DNA of 64,000 nucleotides from an uncultured Trueperaceae bacterium. Lineage in GTDB: Bacteria > Deinococcota > Deinococci > Deinococcales > Trueperaceae. Where the stretch lies: positions 896,001 to 960,000 of the forward strand of contig CAWFFU010000003.1 of NCBI GenBank assembly GCA_963815215.1, given 5' to 3'. The notes below the pieces were generated by a model that was not told where the DNA came from, made no database searches, and saw nothing but the letters and a program-made list of their open reading frames with translations. A program made the translations under genes and the position numbers. This document shows, one piece after another, positions 1-9,931 of this stretch. The stretch's first letter is position 1. The number at the start of each line of letters is the position of its first letter.

Positions 1-1
1 C

Positions 2-607
2 CAGGCCGAAGGGGGCGCTATCCGTTTCCTCGCGCAGGGCACGCTCTATCCGGACGTGGTCGAGTCCGCCGGCGGCTTCGGTGCGGCCAACATCAAGTCC
101 CACCACAACGTCGGCGGGCTTCCCGACGATCTCGACTTCGAGCTCATCGAGCCGTTCCGTACGCTGTTCAAGGACGAGGTCCGGGAGATCGCGGAGACGC
201 TGGGGTTGCCCAGGCACCTTCGCGATCGCCACCCGTTCCCCGGGCCCGGCCTCGCCATCCGCATCATCGGCGAGGTCACCCCCGAGCGCCTGGCGGTGCT
301 CCGCCGCGTCGACGACATCTTCGTCAGCAGCCTGCGCGAGTTCGGCCTGTACAACGACACCTGGCAAGCGCTGGCGGTGCTCACCCCGATCCGCTCGGTA
401 GGGGTGATGGGCGACGGCCGCACCTACGCCCACACCGTTGCCCTGCGCGCCGTGAGCAGCGTCGATGGCATGACGGCCGATTGGACACGGCTGCCGCACG
501 AGTTCCTCGCCACGGTGTCGAGCCGTATCGTCAACAGCGTGCCCGAGGTCAACCGGGTGGTCTTCGACATCACCTCGAAGCCGCCGGGAACGATCGAGTG
601 GGAGTGA
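2..607 (+). CDS. guaA: GMP synthase, C-terminal part (5' truncated by window edge)
   Basis: [37 protein letters not shown] and C-terminal [13 protein letters not shown] motifs. Confidence 0.97.
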   Translation, partial: QAEGGAIRFLAQGTLYPDVVESAGGFGAANIKSHHNVGGLPDDLDFELIEPFRTLFKDEVREIAETLGLPRHLRDRHPFPGPGLAIRIIGEVTPERLAVLRRVDDIFVSSLREFGLYNDTWQALAVLTPIRSVGVMGDGRTYAHTVALRAVSSVDGMTADWTRLPHEFLATVSSRIVNSVPEVNRVVFDITSKPPGTIEWE

Positions 608-710
608 GGTCGGCCGCGCGCCCGAGATCCGGCGCCCGCCTGCTACGCTCCCGGTGACAGCGGGACCGGACCGCGGCGACGCACCCGTCCGCGTTGCTAC
701 CATGGCCCGC

Positions 711-1187
711 ATGAGCCGTGCCTGGTTGGTCAAGAGCGAACCCAACGCCTACAGTTACGACGATCTGGAACGCGACGGTCGAACCGCGTGGGACGGCGTG
801 CGAAACTACCAGGCCCGCAACTTCATGCGCGACGAGATGCAGGTCGGGGACGCGGTGCTCTTCTATCACTCGAACGTCGCGGACCCGGCGGTGGTGGGCG
901 TGGCCCGGGTGGCCTCGGAGGCCTACCCGGACCCGACGCAGTTCGACGCCGAAGACCCGCACTTCGATCCCAAGGCCAGCCGGGACGCCCCCCGCTGGAT
1001 GCTGGTCGACCTGGAGCCGTTGCGACGATTGACCCTGGCGGTGCCCCTGGCGCGCCTGAAGGAGGACCCGGCGCTGGAGGGGCTGGCGCTGGTGCGCCGC
1101 GGCAACCGATTGAGCGTGATGCCGGTGGACGACGCACACTTCCGGCACGTGCTCGAGCTGGGCGGAGCGGACCCCGACGCGCTCTAG
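711..1187 (+). CDS. EVE domain protein
   Basis: WLVKSEP, WDGVRNYQARNFMR, FYHSN, RLSVMPV; start chosen 7 nt after TACCAT box (698-703). Confidence 0.92.
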   Translation: MSRAWLVKSEPNAYSYDDLERDGRTAWDGVRNYQARNFMRDEMQVGDAVLFYHSNVADPAVVGVARVASEAYPDPTQFDAEDPHFDPKASRDAPRWMLVDLEPLRRLTLAVPLARLKEDPALEGLALVRRGNRLSVMPVDDAHFRHVLELGGADPDAL

Positions 1188-1285
1188 CCGAGGTGCGCGG
1201 GGCGCCCTGGGCGACGTGGTTGGAATGCCGTCCCTGTCGCGTTAGCCGCGACGTCGCAAAGGCCCGGACGTGCTAGCATGACGGC

Positions 1286-2245
1286 ATGAACGATCGCCGC
1301 GCCCGCATCCTTCGCATGGTCGCGGAGTCCTATATCCGGACGGCTCATCCGGTGGCGTCGGCGCGTATCGCCGAGCAGCTGGAATTGAGCAGCGCGACGG
1401 TCCGCAACGAGTTCGGAGCCCTCGAGGAGGAGGGCTACCTGCAGCAGCCGCACACCTCGGCCGGTCGTATCCCGACCTCGCGCGGGTTCCGGTCGTACGC
1501 GCTGGGCTGCCTTCCACCCCGGCGCCTGCCCGAGCGGCAGCGCTCGCAGCTCGTGCGCCAGCTGCTGGCCACCAACGGCGACGGCCTGTTCGCGCTGGTG
1601 GCGCGGGCCGCCGCAGAGCTCTCCGGCTACGCCGTGGTGGTGCGGTTGCCTGCCGACGACGCCCTGCACATCCTGGAGATCCACCTCAGCATGCTCTCGG
1701 CCGAGCGGCTGCTGGCGGTCGTGGTGCTGGAGAACGGCATCGTCCGTCAGCTCAGCGTCGATCTAGCCCCGCCCCCTGCCGACCGCGTGCTCGACGACGC
1801 CGAACGCAACCTGCGCCAGCTCACACTGCCCTTGGGCGAGGTCCCGCGTGCGCTCGACGCCATCGCCACCCATGCCGACGAGGAGCTGGCCCGCACGTTG
1901 CAGGCGATCGCGGGCGCGTGGCCTCGCCTCAACCCGCCCCGCATGTTCAGCGAGGGGCTGCGCCAGCTGCTCGCCGAACCGGAGTCGAGCGATCCGGAGT
2001 TCATCCGGCTGGTGGTGGAGCAGGTCGAACGGACCGAGCAGCCGGCTGGCGCCTGGACCGTCCACGATCAGCCGCTGGGCCTGGACCTCGACGACGCCGT
2101 GGCTCGCATCACCTCGAGTTTCGAGTTGGGCGTCGGCATGGGATCGCTGACGGTACTTGGACCTGCCCGCATGCGCTACCCGGCCGCCATGATGGTGGCC
2201 CGAGGCGTCAGCGAGGCGCTGTCGCTGGGCCTGCAGAGGGCCTGA
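1286..2245 (+). CDS. hrcA: Heat-inducible transcription repressor HrcA
   Basis: SSATVRNE..LEEEGYLQQPHTSAGRIPT N-terminal wHTH; C-terminal LGPARMRY. Confidence 0.93.
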   Translation: MNDRRARILRMVAESYIRTAHPVASARIAEQLELSSATVRNEFGALEEEGYLQQPHTSAGRIPTSRGFRSYALGCLPPRRLPERQRSQLVRQLLATNGDGLFALVARAAAELSGYAVVVRLPADDALHILEIHLSMLSAERLLAVVVLENGIVRQLSVDLAPPPADRVLDDAERNLRQLTLPLGEVPRALDAIATHADEELARTLQAIAGAWPRLNPPRMFSEGLRQLLAEPESSDPEFIRLVVEQVERTEQPAGAWTVHDQPLGLDLDDAVARITSSFELGVGMGSLTVLGPARMRYPAAMMVARGVSEALSLGLQRA

Positions 2246-2247
2246 GC

Positions 2248-2487
2248 GTGACCGTCACCGTACTGTTGTTCGCCGACCTGCGCATGGCGGCCGAGCGGCC
2301 CGGGCTCGAGCTCGAGCTGCCCGCCGGCTCGACCGTGCGCGTCGCCGCCGACCGGGTCGAGCGGGAGCTGGGGAGCGGCCGCCTGCGGGGCGTGATGTGT
2401 GCCGTCAACGAGCGCTACGCGGACCCCTCCACCACGCTGGCCGACGGCGACGTGGTGGCGTTCCTCCCTCCCGTTTCCGGCGGATGA
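2248..2487 (+). CDS. moaD: Molybdopterin synthase sulfur carrier (MoaD/ThiS family)
   Basis: V.VLLFA.LR start; AVNERY...DGDVVAFLPPVSGG with terminal Gly-Gly. Confidence 0.9.
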   Translation: MTVTVLLFADLRMAAERPGLELELPAGSTVRVAADRVERELGSGRLRGVMCAVNERYADPSTTLADGDVVAFLPPVSGG

Positions 2488-2939
2488 CCGCACCCGCCCG
2501 CCCGCCCGACCTGATGCTCGTCGTATCGGAGCCGGTCGCGCCTGCGACGCTCCTGCAAGAGGCGGCGGACGCCGCCTACGGCGCGGTGGCTTCGTTCCTC
2601 GGCAGCGTGCGCTCCCCCAATCACGGCGACGTCGTGCACCATATCGATTACGAGGGGTACGCCCCCATGATGGTGGGCGAGATGGAACGCCTCGGCGCCG
2701 AGGCTCGCTCGCGCCACCCGCTCGGCCGGATCGTGATCGTTCACCGCTTGGGCCGGCTCCGGGCCGGCGAGGTCAGCCTGGCGGTGGTCGTGTCCTCGCC
2801 CCACCGGCACGCGGCGCTGCAGGCGTGCGGGGAACTCGTCGAGGGACTCAAGGCACGCCTGCCGGTGTGGAAGTACGAGGTGGGCCCCGCGGGCGGCTCG
2901 TTCGTGTCCGGCCGCAGCGATGCCGGCCCGACCCTGTAG
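2484..2939 (+). CDS. moaE: Molybdopterin synthase catalytic subunit
   Basis: GAVASFLGSVR, YEGYAPM, HRLGRL, SPHRHAA, LKARLPVWKYE; ATGA overlap with moaD. Confidence 0.92.
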   Translation: MTAPARPPDLMLVVSEPVAPATLLQEAADAAYGAVASFLGSVRSPNHGDVVHHIDYEGYAPMMVGEMERLGAEARSRHPLGRIVIVHRLGRLRAGEVSLAVVVSSPHRHAALQACGELVEGLKARLPVWKYEVGPAGGSFVSGRSDAGPTL

Positions 2940-3170
2940 CCCACCGTGCGCCACGGGCCAACCCCCTCGATAGCGCCTCCACCGGCGTGGCGCGGTACGC
3001 GGGAAAGCCCATCCCAACGGAATATTTCACAGGGGCGGCGTGGCCCTTGCGCCTATGCTTGAGCCACTGCCGGACCTCCGAGGATCCGCCCGGAACGGCC
3101 CGGGAAGGCTGGGTAAGATGAACGTACATGTCGACGATCGGCGTTAGCACGCTGGCCGCGGAGGCGCGCG

Positions 3171-4046
3171 GTGCCCGGTGAGGTCTACCTGCGCACGCGC
3201 GACGCGCTCGCCACGCTGGTATCTGAGCGGGCCGCCACGCGCGTGCTCGACGCCGCCTTGCGCCGATCGCACGAGAGCGCCGAGGCGCTCGACGAGCGTG
3301 CCGTGCGCCACCTCCTGCTGGGGCCGATCCAACACGAGCTGGAGGGCATCCTGCCTCGCACGGGCCTGCGCCGGACCTTGCGTCGGCTGGCGCGCCAGGT
3401 CGTCGACGAGATGCGCTCGGACGATGCTCCCGTCGCCACCTCCGGAGCGACCGAGCCCGGGTTCAGGGAACCACCGCACACGGCGCTCAACCCGGTCACG
3501 CAGTCCTCGGTCTACCTTCCGGACGCAACGCCCGTACCGCCCGATGGCTTCCACTTCGGTTCGGTCGCTTCGTTGCGCTCACCGCCCCCTCCCCCGGTCG
3601 GTCGGCGAGCGCCGTCCGGCGATTCCCGGCAGCGGGGGGCGGCGGTCGCGCCGGCGGCGACCGGGGCCGTGGCGGCGACGATGCCTGCGCGCGACCGGTC
3701 GCGCCCGACGGTGGTCCCCCACCCCATGGGGGCCGAGGCGCTCGACGCCCTCGGGGTCCACTTCGCCGAGATCGACGGCGTGCTGCAGGTGATCGCCCTG
3801 CGGGCGTCCGATGTGCCGCAGGTCCGAGGCGAGGGCATCGACGCCGACGCCCTGGCACCGCTCGCCCAGTCTGCCGTCCGGCTGCTGGGCCGCTTCGGGC
3901 CGTTGCGCTCCCTCGTACTGGAGCACGAGGCTGGCTTGCTCTTCGTCTTCCCGCTCGGACGCGACGCCATCGCGGTGTTCGCGCGAGCCAACGTCAACAT
4001 GGGTGCGGTGTTCGCAGCGCGGGCCGCGCTGGAGGAGGGACCATGA
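3171..4046 (+). CDS. Hypothetical protein: N-terminal helical domain, Pro/Ala linker, C-terminal Roadblock/LC7-like domain
   Basis: GGAGG RBS; C-terminus LRSLVLEHEAGLLFVFPLG..AIAVFARANVNMGAVF fits the Roadblock pattern. Confidence 0.65.
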   Translation: MPGEVYLRTRDALATLVSERAATRVLDAALRRSHESAEALDERAVRHLLLGPIQHELEGILPRTGLRRTLRRLARQVVDEMRSDDAPVATSGATEPGFREPPHTALNPVTQSSVYLPDATPVPPDGFHFGSVASLRSPPPPPVGRRAPSGDSRQRGAAVAPAATGAVAATMPARDRSRPTVVPHPMGAEALDALGVHFAEIDGVLQVIALRASDVPQVRGEGIDADALAPLAQSAVRLLGRFGPLRSLVLEHEAGLLFVFPLGRDAIAVFARANVNMGAVFAARAALEEGP

Positions 4047-5923
4047 ACAGGGGCAAACGTACAATCGTGGCGGGCGTCCTGACGCTCGCGCTCGGCCTTT
4101 GCGCCGCTGGCTGGGCGCAACAGACCGACACCTACCTGCAGCGCTACGACCTGGCGATCGAGAACCTGAAGCAGGCCGTCGCGGCTGTGCCCGACGACAG
4201 CGCGAAGGCCCGCAGCCAGCTCGACCACGCGGTCACCGCGCTCGTGACGTTGTCGCGCGACACCACCAGCGCCACCCTGGTCAAGGCCATGGAGAGCCTG
4301 TTCGGCCGCGCCCGCACCGCCGTACAGAACCAGAGCCGGACCGACATCGCGGTGCAGACCGCGGTGCTGGCGGGCGGCTTCAATCGGCTGGTGTACGACG
4401 CAGCCTTCAAGAGCGCCGTCGACGGCGACATGTCCACCGCCAAGGCCCGCCTCCAGCGCATCGGGACCCAGATGCAGTTCGATCCGGCTTCCATGGACGC
4501 CATCCATTCGGCCGATACCGTCGCTACCCTGCGGCTGCAGACCGAGGCGGCGGTAGCCCGCACTCTAAGCGAGGAGGTATCGGTGGCCGAGCGGCTGCTC
4601 CCCACCGATCGCGACGTCGCTTACCAGACTCTCGCCGACGCCTACGGCACGTCGCTTCTCGTCCAGGACTCGCCGCGCCTGCAGGCCGGCCTCAACCAGC
4701 ACTTCGTCGACGCCGCCACAGCCCTCGTCGGCAAGGACGACACCGCCTTCCGGCAGGCCGCACAGGCGATCACGGACGGCGCGGGCCGGCTGGCCCAGGC
4801 CGATCGGCAGGCGCTGGCCGGCGCGACGGCCACCGTCCAACCGGCCCCGGGCACCGGAGCCGCCGCTCCGTCGGCGCTCCCCTCCGTGAGCCCTGCCACC
4901 GGGTCGACCGGCAGCACGGCCGCGCCCACCGGGACCGCGACAGCGGGCCAGCCGGCCGGCGCCACTACGCAAGCGGGCGGCACGCCACAGGCGACGCCCG
5001 CCGACCTCGCTTCGGTGCGTGATCAGGTGCTGGCCGAGCAGAAGCAGCAGAAGCTCGATACCCTGACCCGTCAGCTACAGGCCGCCGGCCTCACCGGCCC
5101 CGCCGGCCAGCGCCTGGCAGATTCGCTCCTGAGCGCCAACGTCGACACCCTTCAGGCGGTCAGTCAGTCGCTGTACGCCATGGCGGCCCAGGCCAGCGCC
5201 GACCTGATGGCCGGCGACGTCAGCGGCGCCCGCGACCGCGTGCGGGCCCTTGCGAAGCGCTACGACAGCCTGCTCTCTCCGCTGGTGGCGGCCAAGGCGC
5301 CGACCGTGGACGCCGATGCGCGGGCCACCTTCCAACGCACGGCCGACCTCGTCGGTCTGAGGCTTCAAGACCTGAACGATCTGACGGCGCAGACCGACGC
5401 CGTCGCACGGGTCGTCAACGGCGCTCCGGAGCCTGCCAATCTGGCTCTCAACCGTGCCGTGGCGAGCTGGTGGTCGGGCTGGCCGCGCCTGTTGGTGCTG
5501 TTGCTGTTCGGCATCCTGGTGTTCGTGCCCCTCTACCTGCTCAACCTCGCCTTCGGCGGAGGTAACCGCAACTGGCAATTGATCGGCGTGGCGCTGTTCC
5601 TGCTTCTGCTGCCGGTGGTGTACGAAGCGCTGGCGTCCCTTGGCAGCATGATCGCGTCGTGGACGAACAACGATGCCTTCGATGTGCTGGCGAGCTACTC
5701 GATGTTCCAGAGCAGCATCGGTCAGGTGGTGTGGGCTGCTCTCATCGTGCTCGCCATCGTGTTCGCCATCCTGGGTCTGTACGGCATCTGCGTGCAGTTC
5801 GGGTTGCTCGGCCGCGGTGGCCGCGGCCGGGGCAACGCCGCGGGCACGCAGACCGTGACGACCACCGCCACCAACACCCAGGAGCGGTCGGACTCGATGG
5901 TTGACTGGGATGAGGAGTTCTGA
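4043..5923 (+). CDS. Hypothetical membrane-anchored exported protein
   Basis: Signal peptide ending in AGWA/AQ, large helical region, Ala/Pro/Thr linker, about 3 C-terminal TM helices, acidic tail VDWDEEF; ATGA overlap with upstream gene. Confidence 0.8.
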   Translation: MNRGKRTIVAGVLTLALGLCAAGWAQQTDTYLQRYDLAIENLKQAVAAVPDDSAKARSQLDHAVTALVTLSRDTTSATLVKAMESLFGRARTAVQNQSRTDIAVQTAVLAGGFNRLVYDAAFKSAVDGDMSTAKARLQRIGTQMQFDPASMDAIHSADTVATLRLQTEAAVARTLSEEVSVAERLLPTDRDVAYQTLADAYGTSLLVQDSPRLQAGLNQHFVDAATALVGKDDTAFRQAAQAITDGAGRLAQADRQALAGATATVQPAPGTGAAAPSALPSVSPATGSTGSTAAPTGTATAGQPAGATTQAGGTPQATPADLASVRDQVLAEQKQQKLDTLTRQLQAAGLTGPAGQRLADSLLSANVDTLQAVSQSLYAMAAQASADLMAGDVSGARDRVRALAKRYDSLLSPLVAAKAPTVDADARATFQRTADLVGLRLQDLNDLTAQTDAVARVVNGAPEPANLALNRAVASWWSGWPRLLVLLLFGILVFVPLYLLNLAFGGGNRNWQLIGVALFLLLLPVVYEALASLGSMIASWTNNDAFDVLASYSMFQSSIGQVVWAALIVLAIVFAILGLYGICVQFGLLGRGGRGRGNAAGTQTVTTTATNTQERSDSMVDWDEEF

Positions 5924-5996
5924 GCCGGGGGGAGGTCGCGTCGGCGATCGTCCGTCCCCATGAGGAGGCGGGATGATCGGCGCAGCGAACGATGAC

Positions 5997-8795
5997 ATGA
6001 GCAACCAGGTCTACCAGTCGACCGTCGAGGAGCTGGAGGCGATCCTTTCCCCGCGGGTCGTGTCCCGCTCGCTGCAGGAGGGATTGCGGCAGCTCGGGCG
6101 CTCGCCCGACACGGTCGACGTCAGCGCCGTCGAGAAGATCCTCAAGGCGCAGATCTACCGCCAGCTCCAGGTCACCATGCCCGTCACCCAGGCGAAGCAG
6201 GCGATCGAGGACATCCTCGGACGCCTCCAAGGGGTGGCGGACGGAGCCGGCTCCAACGATTCGGCCGATGTCGGCCTGGCCCGTCAGAAGGAGCGACTCG
6301 GTCAGCTCAAGGATGCCCTCAAGCCGTTCAACCTGTACTTCGAATGGCCCGAGGTCCAGAAGCTCCGCGCCCAGGTCCAGCTCCTCGAGACCGAGCAGGA
6401 ATCGGACCGGGAAGCGGCCTCGCTGGCCGACGACGCCGAGGCGCAGTTGCACGTGGTGGAGCAGAAGCTCGAGGACCACCTCGTCATCCAGGCTCGCGAG
6501 CTCGGCGAGCTCAGCGAAGCGCTCGACCAGGTACGCACCCTCGGTGGGCCCAAGATCCGTCGCCTCGAGAACCTCGTGAACCAGATCGGCGAGGCGCAGG
6601 CGGGACGGCAACTGGCCCCCGCCGAGATCGAGCGCGCGCGCAGGCTGGCGCGCGACCTGCGAAAGTTGATGGAGTCGAGCGTCTACTCCGAGGAGATGCA
6701 GGCGGCAACCGGCGAGGCGAGCCCGAGTGACGAGACGTCCGGCGCCGTCGACCGGCGTGACGGCGGTGTGCTCGACGTCGAGGGCGAGGAGGAGGAACTC
6801 CTCTCCATCGATACGGCCGATCTCGGTCCCGAGGTGAGCGCCAAGTTGCTGCTGCTCGATCTGGAGGACGAACGGCACGACCTCGAGGCGCTCGTCTCCG
6901 AGTACGACGAGCTGCTCGGCTTCCAGCCTTCGTTGCGGGCCGGCGTCGACGCGTTGCGCGAGCGTCTCGATGCCGATGCGTCCATCTCCGACGCCTTGCC
7001 GTCACTCCGCCACACCCTCGAGGAGGCCTTCGAAACCTACCGGGCAACGCTACGCGACGAGCTCCAGGGGATCGAAGTCTCGCTGCGGGACCTCCGCTCC
7101 GAGGTCGACACCTCCGAGTTGCGGCAGTCCTTGCGGGTCGGTCTCGGCATCCTCAGCACCACCCTCCCGAACCAGGCAGACATCCACCACATCCGCAACC
7201 TGTATCAGCTCGCTCTCGACCAGGTGGAAGCGTTCGATCGCGCTGAGGGCGAGACCCGCGCGCAGCGTGACGCCCAGCTACACGACCAGTCGGCGATGCT
7301 CGAGCGCCTGGAGTCGACCCTGCTGCGCTACGAGGGGCACGCCGCGGTCGACGCCTACCAGCAGCTCGAGGCCCAGGTCGATGCCCTTCGGGAAGCCAGG
7401 GGGCAGGACGTTCTCGACCCGCAGATCCTCGACACCGCACGCAGGGCGGAGGCGTCGCTGGAATCAGCCATGGCGGTGTTGGCCGACCAGCGCGTGGACC
7501 GCCAGCGTGCCACGCTCCGTAACCTGCTGGCGCAGGTGCAGGCGCTCCCGGGGCTGGACACCGTCGCGGCCCGCATCAGCAGCGTGGTAGCGGAGCTCGA
7601 ACGACAGCTCCAGCGGCTCGAGGCCGAGACCCTCGAGGACGCTCAGGTGGAGGCCACCGCCTCGATGGTCGAGGCGCTCAAGGGCGAGGCGACGGCCACC
7701 CTGCAACGCCGCCTCGAGGCGTTGGCCGCGCGGGCCGGCGAGCTGTCCAGTGCGCCGCTGCTGGAGCGCATCCGCTCCGCCATGGACGGCCTCGAGGACG
7801 GCAACTACCCCGATCTGAACGCGCTCAAGGCCGCCATCTCGCAAGAGCGCGAGGCGGAGCGCAGCGACCAGATCGGCGAGCTGCACCGGCTCGAGCGCGA
7901 GACCGCGCGCTTCGCAGGCATGGAGGGCCCCACCCTCGAAGCCCTGCAACAGCGCCTGGTAACGGCCCGCCAGCGGATCGACGAGGGCCACCTGGCGCCG
8001 GGCCTGAGCCAGACCTGGGCGCTCCTGGAGCGGGTCCAGGCCGAGGTGGACGAGCGCTTGCGGAACGTCGTGCCGCGGCTCGACGCCGCTCTAGAGGCGT
8101 TCACGCCGGTCGAGAAGCTCAACAGCGACGACGTGGCTACCGTGCGCCGCATCCTTCGTCACCTCGACTCCCAACGCGACGCGCTGGAACGGGTATCGGT
8201 CGGCCTGCGCCTGCAACTCGAAGGCTCGCTGTCCGAGGCCGAAGCGCTTTTGGTGAAGCTGCGCGAGGAGTACGAGGCCACGCGCGTCATCGCCGACCAG
8301 CTCGTCAACGCCAACGTCCTGGACGACGTGCTGGGCCTGTTCGGCGAGGACGCTCCGGCGGGGGACGATGACGCGGGCACCGCCCGGCCCGTCGACATCG
8401 AGGCGCTGCTCCAGCCCTATCTGAGCGAGGACGAGGTGTCGGGCGCCGCCGTCTTCGCGAAGGCCGGCGAGCGCCTGGCGGGCCTGCTGCCGTTCGAGCC
8501 CGACGTCGCCTCGGCGCTTCTCGAAGGACTACGCACCTCGGCCGAGCGCGGCGCGGCGGCCCTGGGCCAGGCGTCGCCGCGCCTGGCGACGTTGGAGTAC
8601 GAGGGGGGCGTCGTGGTGGCGGCGTGGCCCACGTCCGAACACACCCTGCTGATCACCTTGCGGTCGAGCTCCGATCTGTCGCTGTTGACCCACCGCCTGC
8701 GCCGCGATCTGGAGGCGCTGGCGGCCGCTCTGCCCGGCACCCACGGCGGAGCCGCCCACGGTGGACCTGCCCACGGTGGACCTGCCCACGCTTGA
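5997..8795 (+). CDS. Large coiled-coil protein with C-terminal Roadblock/LC7-like domain
   Basis: Long Glu/Leu-rich heptad region; C-terminus VSGAAVFAKAGERLAG...ATLEYEGGVVVAAW...LLITLRSSSDLSLL; start 5997 aligns with the N-terminus of the 3171 protein (alternative start 5973). Confidence 0.75.
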   Translation: MSNQVYQSTVEELEAILSPRVVSRSLQEGLRQLGRSPDTVDVSAVEKILKAQIYRQLQVTMPVTQAKQAIEDILGRLQGVADGAGSNDSADVGLARQKERLGQLKDALKPFNLYFEWPEVQKLRAQVQLLETEQESDREAASLADDAEAQLHVVEQKLEDHLVIQARELGELSEALDQVRTLGGPKIRRLENLVNQIGEAQAGRQLAPAEIERARRLARDLRKLMESSVYSEEMQAATGEASPSDETSGAVDRRDGGVLDVEGEEEELLSIDTADLGPEVSAKLLLLDLEDERHDLEALVSEYDELLGFQPSLRAGVDALRERLDADASISDALPSLRHTLEEAFETYRATLRDELQGIEVSLRDLRSEVDTSELRQSLRVGLGILSTTLPNQADIHHIRNLYQLALDQVEAFDRAEGETRAQRDAQLHDQSAMLERLESTLLRYEGHAAVDAYQQLEAQVDALREARGQDVLDPQILDTARRAEASLESAMAVLADQRVDRQRATLRNLLAQVQALPGLDTVAARISSVVAELERQLQRLEAETLEDAQVEATASMVEALKGEATATLQRRLEALAARAGELSSAPLLERIRSAMDGLEDGNYPDLNALKAAISQEREAERSDQIGELHRLERETARFAGMEGPTLEALQQRLVTARQRIDEGHLAPGLSQTWALLERVQAEVDERLRNVVPRLDAALEAFTPVEKLNSDDVATVRRILRHLDSQRDALERVSVGLRLQLEGSLSEAEALLVKLREEYEATRVIADQLVNANVLDDVLGLFGEDAPAGDDDAGTARPVDIEALLQPYLSEDEVSGAAVFAKAGERLAGLLPFEPDVASALLEGLRTSAERGAAALGQASPRLATLEYEGGVVVAAWPTSEHTLLITLRSSSDLSLLTHRLRRDLEALAAALPGTHGGAAHGGPAHGGPAHA
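8740..8790. repeat. 15-bp tandem repeat: two exact copies of GTGGACCTGCCCACG plus a degenerate upstream copy
   Basis: 8761-8775 is identical to 8776-8790; GCGGAGCCGCCCACG at 8746-8760. Confidence 0.9.
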
Positions 8796-9207
8796 CGACA
8801 CGCGCAAGCTCGCCCGGCACCTGCTGCAGCGGGCGCCGGGCGGCTCACTGCTGGTGCTCAGTGGGCCGCTCGGCGCCGGCAAGACCACGCTGACGCGCTT
8901 CCTGGCGGAGGCGTTGGGCTCCGACGCCGACGTCACCAGTCCCAGCTACACCCTGGTGCACGAGTACCCCACACCGCAGGGCGTGCTGGTGCATATCGAC
9001 GCCTACCGGCTGCCGGACGCGGCTGCGCTGGAGCAGCTCGGGCTCGAGGAGACCCTGGACCGCGCGAGGCTGGTGGTGGTCGAGTGGGGCACGGGCCTGC
9101 TCGCTCGCTATCCGGACGCGCTCTGGCTCGATCTCGAGCGCCACGGCGAGGCGCGCCGCGCCACGTTGCGCGACGCGTCCGGCCAGCCGCTAGGATGGGA
9201 CCCGTGA
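8761..9207 (+). CDS. tsaE: tRNA threonylcarbamoyladenosine biosynthesis ATPase TsaE
   Basis: LSGPLGAGKTT, VTSPSYTLVHEY, HIDAYRL, VVEW; start could be 8776. Confidence 0.93.
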   Translation: MDLPTVDLPTLDDTRKLARHLLQRAPGGSLLVLSGPLGAGKTTLTRFLAEALGSDADVTSPSYTLVHEYPTPQGVLVHIDAYRLPDAAALEQLGLEETLDRARLVVVEWGTGLLARYPDALWLDLERHGEARRATLRDASGQPLGWDP

Positions 9208-9773
9208 GCCGCGTCTACCTGGGCATCGACAGCGCAACACCCCACCTGTCGCTGGCATTGTGGAGCCCCGAGCGCGGCCTGTTGGCGGAGTTCCGCACCG
9301 AGGTGGGGCGCGACCATGCCGCGCGCATCGTGATCGAGCTCGACGAGCTGTTCACGCGGGCCCGCTTGGAGCGCGGCGCCGTCGACGGCATCGGCGTGGG
9401 GGTCGGACCCGGCTCCTACACCGGCGTGCGAGTGGGCCTGGCCACCGCCAAGGGCCTGGCGCGGGCGTGGGGCGCGCCGCTGGGAGGGGCTTCGACGCTG
9501 GCGGCGCTGGCGCTGGCAGGCCTGCTCCCGGGCGAGTCGGGGACCGCCGCCCTGGACGCCCGCCGGGGCAACGTCTACGCCGCGCGCTTCCGACGTCCCC
9601 GCGACCCCACCGACCTGCGGCTCGAGCCGCAGGGGCCGGTCGAGAAGATCGCCAGGACCCTGCTCGCAGAACGCCTCGGCGCCGAGCGTGCGATCGAGGG
9701 GGGCGCGCCCGACGCCGCCCTGACGGCGGCAGCCGCCGCCGCCGGAGAGCCTGCGGAGGCGCTCTACCTGTAA
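9204..9773 (+). CDS. tsaB: t6A biosynthesis protein TsaB
   Basis: LGIDSAT, GVGPGSYTGVRVGLATAKGL, DARRGNVY. Confidence 0.93.
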   Translation: MSRVYLGIDSATPHLSLALWSPERGLLAEFRTEVGRDHAARIVIELDELFTRARLERGAVDGIGVGVGPGSYTGVRVGLATAKGLARAWGAPLGGASTLAALALAGLLPGESGTAALDARRGNVYAARFRRPRDPTDLRLEPQGPVEKIARTLLAERLGAERAIEGGAPDAALTAAAAAAGEPAEALYL

Positions 9774-9931
9774 CGTTCGCCCGGGCCGGCCGCCTCTCCA
9801 TGGCGGCCGGTCGGCCGGTCCCATCGCTTCCGCACGGAACGCCCCCGCGCGGCCGCCCGCGAGCTCCGGGAAGGTATACTGCTCCGTCACTGTGGACCCA
9901 TCGCACCGGGGCCGCTCGGGTTGGAGAAAGC

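Noticed and set aside
711..1187. EVE protein as a modification-dependent restriction component
   Set aside because: Standalone EVE with no nuclease partner, in a housekeeping context
1241..1280. Possible CIRCE element upstream of hrcA (TTAGCC...GTGCTAG)
   Set aside because: Arms are poor matches and spacing far exceeds the 9-nt CIRCE spacer
3144..3170. CIRCE-like half site TTAGCACGC
   Set aside because: No matching right arm 9 nt downstream
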